Assembly: GCA_041738235.1 (NCBI GenBank)
Contig: JBGSQF010000013.1
Location: 193,899 to 257,898, forward strand
DNA: 64,000 nucleotides
Origin: Minisyncoccia bacterium
Lineage (GTDB): Bacteria > Patescibacteriota > Minisyncoccia > Moranbacterales > GCA-2747515
Direction of reading: 5' to 3'
The stretch's first letter is position 1. Every line of letters starts with the position of its first letter. Positions 58,309-64,000 of the stretch are shown here, one piece after another. The notes beneath the pieces are model-generated. The model had not been told where the DNA came from and did no database searches. It worked only from the letters and a program-made list of their open reading frames with translations. The position numbers and the translations under genes are program-made.

Positions 58309-59410
58309 GTTGACACTGTTTACCCTCTTAGGTGTTCTGTTGCTCTCTGGTGTGCTGTTCTTCTATAGTACTAGCCCCTACACAACTCGTAAGTTCGAAT
58401 TCCAATCAAATATTGGTAACTCACTAAAGGTCTTTCTTTACAATGAAAGTGCTTTTAATGATCCAATTCCAGGCTGCTGGTACGATAGTGGGGACTATAT
58501 TGTTTTTCTACACCGAAATGCCGAGACCTTTTACTACCTCTCTCTCGCATACGAACAAGCATCATCACCACAAGTCAAAGCTGATATCAAATACGTTCTA
58601 GATAGACAAAGCACCTGCATAGATGGCATGCTCAAGAGAAACTATAAACAGTTTGGTGATCAAGGGAGTCATGGTATTAACCTTCCACCGACATTCAGTT
58701 CTGCATTCTACCCAAGAAATAATTACCATATGAGACCAGGCGAAGGAAAAGATGTCTATCTTTTGTATAGCCTGTCATTTACCAACCTTGGTGATACAAA
58801 AAATGCAGCCAACTGGCTAAAGAAGGCAGAAGAGGCAGACACAAAGACCATCTCAGAGAATTGTTGTGAGGGGGGCCCTCTCTTTTTGACCCCCATGGAC
58901 TACACTGGACTTACAGGACTTTCAGGTATAGAAGATGTCAATGCGAGAGACCTCAACACTATATGGGGGGTACATTTTCCTGCCCTACTCTCAATAAAAA
59001 ACGGAGAAAAGGGAATGCTTAGCGATATGCTTTCCTCAGTAGAAGAACGGTGGACTCAACATGACTCCCCCTTCCTTTATTTGGGAGGAAACTATGATAT
59101 TGCTGGAACCATTGCCCTGGAACGTATGTATGCCAAAAAATTCAACGATCACTCTTTTGATGATCTAGCCTCCTCGCTTATACACTACCTCAAAGGCGAG
59201 AATCAGTATCACACAGACTTTACCAATTATCCATCTCCTTATCATCCTTGTGCTTTTTTTGCTAGCTGCTCTTTACCAGACACGCTTATCAATGGTGCTG
59301 ACAGCGATGGATTTGATCCAAAGAGAAACGACATATGGCGAAACACGGAAATACAGTTGTTTGGTCAAGCGGAATACGTTCTCGCCTTAGTGCTCTATAA
59401 TAATTGGTGA
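58274..59410 (+). CDS. Membrane-anchored GH9-like endoglucanase
   Basis: N-terminal TM; GCWYDSGDY (GH9 GGWYDAGDY-like), YLKGENQY...PYHP, WRNTEIQLFGQA. Confidence 0.75.
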   Translation: MLKNLVLAKSIKLTLFTLLGVLLLSGVLFFYSTSPYTTRKFEFQSNIGNSLKVFLYNESAFNDPIPGCWYDSGDYIVFLHRNAETFYYLSLAYEQASSPQVKADIKYVLDRQSTCIDGMLKRNYKQFGDQGSHGINLPPTFSSAFYPRNNYHMRPGEGKDVYLLYSLSFTNLGDTKNAANWLKKAEEADTKTISENCCEGGPLFLTPMDYTGLTGLSGIEDVNARDLNTIWGVHFPALLSIKNGEKGMLSDMLSSVEERWTQHDSPFLYLGGNYDIAGTIALERMYAKKFNDHSFDDLASSLIHYLKGENQYHTDFTNYPSPYHPCAFFASCSLPDTLINGADSDGFDPKRNDIWRNTEIQLFGQAEYVLALVLYNNW

Positions 59411-59450
59411 AACCATTTACACGGTCCGCTCCCCTTAAAGAAATTCCTAT

Positions 59451-59804
59451 ATGAACAACAACGAACTTCCCTCACGTCCAGAGATCCCCTTTCCTCTTCC
59501 CCGTCCAAAAGATATCGTTCTTTTAGATGGAAGATACACCCAGTGCATTATGGCAAATTCATACAGAATAGTTCTCACCTCTCTCGATCAGCAGGAGGTT
59601 GTAGAAATAGACTCCAAGGATCTTCACAAGTATACCTACGTTCCTCCAACTCGAGATCAAGTGCTCGCCAAACATCTTGTGACACAAGGAGCTATGACCC
59701 AAAAAGAGCTCAGTCTCGTCCGATGGGGATCAGAAGAAAAACAAAATCCCCATCTCAAAGGAGAGGTCACCTTCTTCGGAACCTACACAAAAAAAGACGC
59801 TTGA
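59451..59804 (+). CDS. Hypothetical protein
   Basis: 117-aa ORF followed by a terminator. Confidence 0.65.
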   Translation: MNNNELPSRPEIPFPLPRPKDIVLLDGRYTQCIMANSYRIVLTSLDQQEVVEIDSKDLHKYTYVPPTRDQVLAKHLVTQGAMTQKELSLVRWGSEEKQNPHLKGEVTFFGTYTKKDA

Positions 59805-59808
59805 AACA

Positions 59809-59836
59809 AAAAAACAACCCCTTTCGGGGTTGTTTT
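59809..59836. terminator. Bidirectional terminator
   Basis: AAAACAACCCC-TTTC-GGGGTTGTTTT between convergent genes. Confidence 0.8.
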
Positions 59837-59853
59837 CATATCGCTTCTACAAA

Positions 59854-60243
59854 CTAGATATTGATACTATTCACGATCTCATCCACCGTCTTCTTTGGCT
59901 CTTCTGCAGCTGGCTGAGTAGCAGAAGCGGAAGTAGAAGTTGACGTGGAAGCCTCTTCACGCTCGCTCTTACGCACATGTGTCGATCCTTCCGGCTCATT
60001 GATCTTGAGATTCACTCGAGCATTGTTTCGCGCACCGATAACTCGGAGCAGTGTTCGAAGTGCTTTGGCGGTCATACCATCGCGACCAATCACCATACCC
60101 ATATCCTGTGCATGAACATCCAACGAGATTAAAACACCCATTTCATCGATCTTTCGCTCTACCTTTACTGACTCGGGATTATCAACCAACATTTTGACAA
60201 CGTATTCGATAAACTCCTTATCTGTGTATTTTTCTTCGCTCAT
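59854..60243 (-). CDS. khpA: KH-domain RNA-binding protein
   Basis: LVDNPESV, DMGMVIGRDGMTAKALRTLL. Confidence 0.93.
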   Translation of the reverse strand: MSEEKYTDKEFIEYVVKMLVDNPESVKVERKIDEMGVLISLDVHAQDMGMVIGRDGMTAKALRTLLRVIGARNNARVNLKINEPEGSTHVRKSEREEASTSTSTSASATQPAAEEPKKTVDEIVNSINI

Positions 60244-60417
60244 GGTGGTACATTACCTGATTAATATAGCGAGAAACGATCCCTTTCGGTTGACCAAACC
60301 GCGTAGCTTCTCACCATGTGTATAGTATACTAAATTTCCACTTTCCCGTCAATTCAACAAATCCCCCCTACTAACCAGATACGCTCTTCATTTTACAAAC
60401 TTTCACCATTTCCGGCA

Positions 60418-62736
60418 TTACACATCTTTTCCCTCCATATCTTCCTTCTCCAACTTTACTGAAAGAAGTTGCGACACACCATCTGTTCCCATGGTCACAC
60501 CATAAAGCACATCTGCTGCACGCATTGTTTCACGATTATGGGTAATAACGATAAACTGGGTCTTGCGAGCAAGTGTTTCCAAGATACGACTAAATCGTTC
60601 TGAGTTAGACTCATCAAGCGCCGCTTCCACCTCATCCAATACCGAGAATGGCGGTGGACTGTAAGCGATAACAGCAAAAAGAAGCGCCAAGGAAACAAGT
60701 GACCGTTCCCCTCCCGACATCATAGAAAGCGAGTGGATACGCTTCTTCGGTGGGGATACCTTAATGTCGATCCCGATCTCACGAGAAGCACTTGTGGCGG
60801 GAAGGGCCACGAGTCCCTCCTCAACATCTTCTTCCGTTTCTTCTCCTTCCTTTTCACCAGAGGGCGTCTTCTCCCTATCCAATACCACCTGTTCCAACTT
60901 TGCTTCACCACCATCAAACATCAAAGTAAAGAATTTTGAGAATTCTCGGTTAATGGATTCGAATGCTTTGGTGAACTCCTTCTCAATACGAGAATCCATC
61001 TCCTTTACGATCTTGTTCAGTGAAATGATCGTCTCCTCCAGATCTTTCAACTCGCCACTTAAGAAATCGTATCGTTCCTGTGTTTCTCGATACTCTTCCG
61101 CTACCAATGGGTCAATACCTCCGATCTGAGAAAGTGTCGTTTGAAGTCGAGATATTTTTCTCTCCACCTCAAAAGTATCAACAGAATCGGAAATATCGGG
61201 TAACGTCTGTGGGTCGACAGCCAGCACATTATGGATGTCTCGCTTCAGATCCTCCTCACGCACCTCTACCCGAGCACAAACGATCTTAGCCTCGTTCCAA
61301 CGATCCTTCACCTTCTCCGCATCCATCTGCAAAGCATGCATTTGCTTCTCGATCTCAAGGAACTCTGCATTTACCTTCTTGGCGTTCTGCGACTTCGCAA
61401 TCATTTTTTCTTCCCACTGACGAACAGCCTCTTTATGTTCAAGGATCTCTTTTTGAAATTGGTCTCGCTGAATTTCGAGTGTTGATATTCGCTCCCTAAA
61501 TCGACGCTCTTCCGCCTCAATAACAGATTGATCTCGCTTTACCTCAACTCTCGATTTTCCGCAGTTTATATGAAGACTCTCCAGAAGCGATCCTATTGCG
61601 CGCGACTCCTCTCGAAGACCGTTGAGTTCCTCTATGGACCGTATCTCCTCAAGACGTTTTGTAAGTTCCTTCTGCTTGGTGCGGATCTGATCTAGCTCTC
61701 GGCGAACGAAAACCAGGTCAACAGGAATACTATCAACCTTGCGTTGATGCCTCGATCGCTCTTTCTCCATCTCCAAACGACCTTCAATAAAAGACTGCTG
61801 TCGTTCAGCTTGAGAAAGTTTTTCACGGATCTTAGAAAGTTCATGACGAGAACCGTCGTCGTCAGTATCACCAGATGATAAAGCTTTTGCCGCAAGTTCT
61901 TTCTTTTCATAGAGCGTATCAATATCACGCTGAAAACGCATTACCTCACGCCCAGATATCATCTTCGCCTCTTCTGCCTGAGCTCGCTCGTTCTCTAAGG
62001 CGTCCCAAAGAGTCTTATAGTACTGCTGTTGGAGACTCTTCAATTCAACCTCCAACGACTCTCTCTGTTCAGCCTTCTTAGCCTGTCGTCGAAGCAAACG
62101 CAAACGTGGCTCTATCTCGTTGAGCAATTCTTGGGTACGATCCATGTGCTCCCTTGATGTGGCTAACTTTCGCAAGGCTCGTTCGCGTTTCAATTGAAAG
62201 GGCTTGACTCCTGCCGCCTCTTCTACAATAGAACGTCGCTCAAACGGATTAGCATTCAAAATTGCGTCTGACATTCCTTGATTAAGCACGCAGTGACTCT
62301 CCTTCCCGATCCCGCCAGTCGCCAACATATCTACTACATCAAGCATTCTCACCTTTGATCCGTTTATCTTGTATTCCCCCTCCCCGCTTCGATAGATCTT
62401 TCGTGAAACTGAGATCTCGGTATAAGGAACCGGAATACGTTTATCGGCATTGTCAAAAAAGAGCGTTACTTCAGCATAATTCTGCCTCGACTTTCCTTTC
62501 GATCCAGCAAATATTACATCATGTGATTTCTTCCCACGAAGACTTTTCACAGACTGCTCTCCCATTACCCAACGAATGGCGTCGGCGACATTCGATTTCC
62601 CGGACCCATTTGGTCCCACGACCGCGGTAATTCCCGTCCTTCTCCCCGTTCCTCCCGTTCCCGGAACATCAAAAACAAGCGAAGTTTTGTTCGCAAAAGA
62701 TTTAAAACCAATGAGCTCTATACGTTTGAGATACAT
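60418..62736 (-). CDS. smc: SMC-family ATPase, short (772 aa)
   Basis: GFKSFA, GPNGSGKSN, NQG, MSGGERS, LDEVEAALD, ITHN. Confidence 0.92.
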   Translation of the reverse strand: MYLKRIELIGFKSFANKTSLVFDVPGTGGTGRRTGITAVVGPNGSGKSNVADAIRWVMGEQSVKSLRGKKSHDVIFAGSKGKSRQNYAEVTLFFDNADKRIPVPYTEISVSRKIYRSGEGEYKINGSKVRMLDVVDMLATGGIGKESHCVLNQGMSDAILNANPFERRSIVEEAAGVKPFQLKRERALRKLATSREHMDRTQELLNEIEPRLRLLRRQAKKAEQRESLEVELKSLQQQYYKTLWDALENERAQAEEAKMISGREVMRFQRDIDTLYEKKELAAKALSSGDTDDDGSRHELSKIREKLSQAERQQSFIEGRLEMEKERSRHQRKVDSIPVDLVFVRRELDQIRTKQKELTKRLEEIRSIEELNGLREESRAIGSLLESLHINCGKSRVEVKRDQSVIEAEERRFRERISTLEIQRDQFQKEILEHKEAVRQWEEKMIAKSQNAKKVNAEFLEIEKQMHALQMDAEKVKDRWNEAKIVCARVEVREEDLKRDIHNVLAVDPQTLPDISDSVDTFEVERKISRLQTTLSQIGGIDPLVAEEYRETQERYDFLSGELKDLEETIISLNKIVKEMDSRIEKEFTKAFESINREFSKFFTLMFDGGEAKLEQVVLDREKTPSGEKEGEETEEDVEEGLVALPATSASREIGIDIKVSPPKKRIHSLSMMSGGERSLVSLALLFAVIAYSPPPFSVLDEVEAALDESNSERFSRILETLARKTQFIVITHNRETMRAADVLYGVTMGTDGVSQLLSVKLEKEDMEGKDV

Positions 62737-62744
62737 AGATACTA

Positions 62745-63440
62745 TTATTTATCCCATCCCTTCTTTTCCAGGGCCGCTTTCGCAGCATTCCGTTGCGCCT
62801 CTTGCTTAGAAGGACCCTCGCCGGTCGCTACCAATTCATCTCCAAGATACACCCCAACAACAAACACTCTATTATGATCCGGGCCAACCGACTCATGTTC
62901 ACGGTATGTGGGAGTTATGGACACCATCTCTTGCGCCTTCTCCTGGAAATGACTCTTGGGATCAACGAATAATTTCTTATCAAAGACTTCCCCAATATGC
63001 GTCACAATACGCCCGAGGATAAAATCCTTGGCATCCTCATACCCCTTGTCTAGATAAATAGCTCCAATGATCGCTTCGCATGCGTTAGCAAGCAAATACT
63101 CTCGAGCCCGTCCAGTATCTTTTGATTCCCCACGACTCATCATGAGATACTTTTCAACACCCAACTCGCGAGAAACTTTTGCAAGCATCTCACCCCGTAC
63201 CAACGCCGCTCGCCATGCCGTAAGTTCTCCTTCTGGATTCGGATATTGATGGAAGAGATACTCTGTTACTACCAATTCCAAAACAGCGTCTCCCAAGAAT
63301 TCAAGACGTTCATTGTGATCAAGTGCATACCCACGATGCTCATTGATGTAAGATCGATGCGTAAGAGCTGTTTCAAGCAGCCCTTGTTCCTTAAAAGAAG
63401 TTCCGAGTGCTTTCTCCAACCCTTCAAGATCCTTTTTCAT
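62745..63440 (-). CDS. rnc: Ribonuclease III
   Basis: NERLEFLGDAVLEL plus a C-terminal dsRBD. Confidence 0.98.
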   Translation of the reverse strand: MKKDLEGLEKALGTSFKEQGLLETALTHRSYINEHRGYALDHNERLEFLGDAVLELVVTEYLFHQYPNPEGELTAWRAALVRGEMLAKVSRELGVEKYLMMSRGESKDTGRAREYLLANACEAIIGAIYLDKGYEDAKDFILGRIVTHIGEVFDKKLFVDPKSHFQEKAQEMVSITPTYREHESVGPDHNRVFVVGVYLGDELVATGEGPSKQEAQRNAAKAALEKKGWDK

Positions 63441-63568
63441 AAAAGGGCCAGTTCTCGTCCTTGTGCCGGAATTCCCTTAATACTTCAAGGAATATCGCCG
63501 CACAAAGAGATAACTAGATTAGTAAGTAATATCTGTAAAATAAAAAATGAACCTTGACCGTATAAACA

Positions 63569-64000
63569 TTATGACTCTGACGGACTCTTTGTTTTTTTCT
63601 TATCCTGCTTCATTGGCTCTCCCATCTGTCGATAGATCGTGCCAAGTACGCCATTGACAAAACGAGAAGAGCTTTCCCCGCCAAATGTTTTGGCCAACTC
63701 GATCGCTTCGTTGATCGCCACCTTTGGAGGCACCTCTTCATACTTGCCATATACCAGCTCATATATCCCCAAGCGCAAAACAGATCGATCTACGGTCGCT
63801 ATTTGATCGATGGGCCATTCCGGAGCACACTTTTCTATAAGCGGGTCGAGCTCAGATCGTTTTTCTGCTACACCACGAACTAATGTTCGAACAAGATCAG
63901 ATTCTTCAATACCAGGACCAAATTCGGCAATATTTGTTTCTAAATATTCTTCCAATCGATCCGGTTGAGAACCATTAAAATCCCATTCAAAGATGGTTTG
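63569..64000 (-). CDS. nusB: Transcription antitermination factor NusB (5' end outside the window)
   Basis: QTIFEWDF..., [33 protein letters not shown]. Confidence 0.95.
   Translation of the reverse strand, partial: QTIFEWDFNGSQPDRLEEYLETNIAEFGPGIEESDLVRTLVRGVAEKRSELDPLIEKCAPEWPIDQIATVDRSVLRLGIYELVYGKYEEVPPKVAINEAIELAKTFGGESSSRFVNGVLGTIYRQMGEPMKQDKKKTKSPSES

Overview
Chromosomal segment of a small-genome bacterium, most likely Patescibacteria/CPR (Parcubacteria, Moranbacteria-like). This assignment is inferred from gene content: a short AlaRS without C-Ala, a short SMC without a hinge, and CPR-type hypothetical proteins. The standard code is used (TGA is a stop). Housekeeping genes dominate: alaS, frr, recJ, pheST, argS, dnaX, mutY, murC/murG/ftsW, trmD, khpA, smc, rnc, nusB and tRNA-Gln. 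There are three main accessory features. (1) A six-gene, translationally coupled operon at 55036-59410 sits between khpA and trmD. It encodes a cellulose-synthase-like GT2 without PilZ, two ~70-aa half-ferritin proteins, GalU, a membrane-anchored GH9 glucanase and an NDT-fold protein, and is the best candidate for an undescribed system. (2) Two clusters of small-gene units (8.4-10.2 kb and 16.7-18.4 kb) each follow the pattern promoter + short ORF + long 3' hairpin. Three of these hairpins carry the identical loop UAGUAU on unrelated stems. (3) An island downstream of tRNA-Gln contains a tRNA-derived repeat, a beta-barrel-like ORF, a frameshifted DUF2726 gene and AT-rich orphans. No CRISPR array, rRNA, integrase, transposase or reverse transcriptase was seen. 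All calls come from reading motifs by eye; no database search was run.
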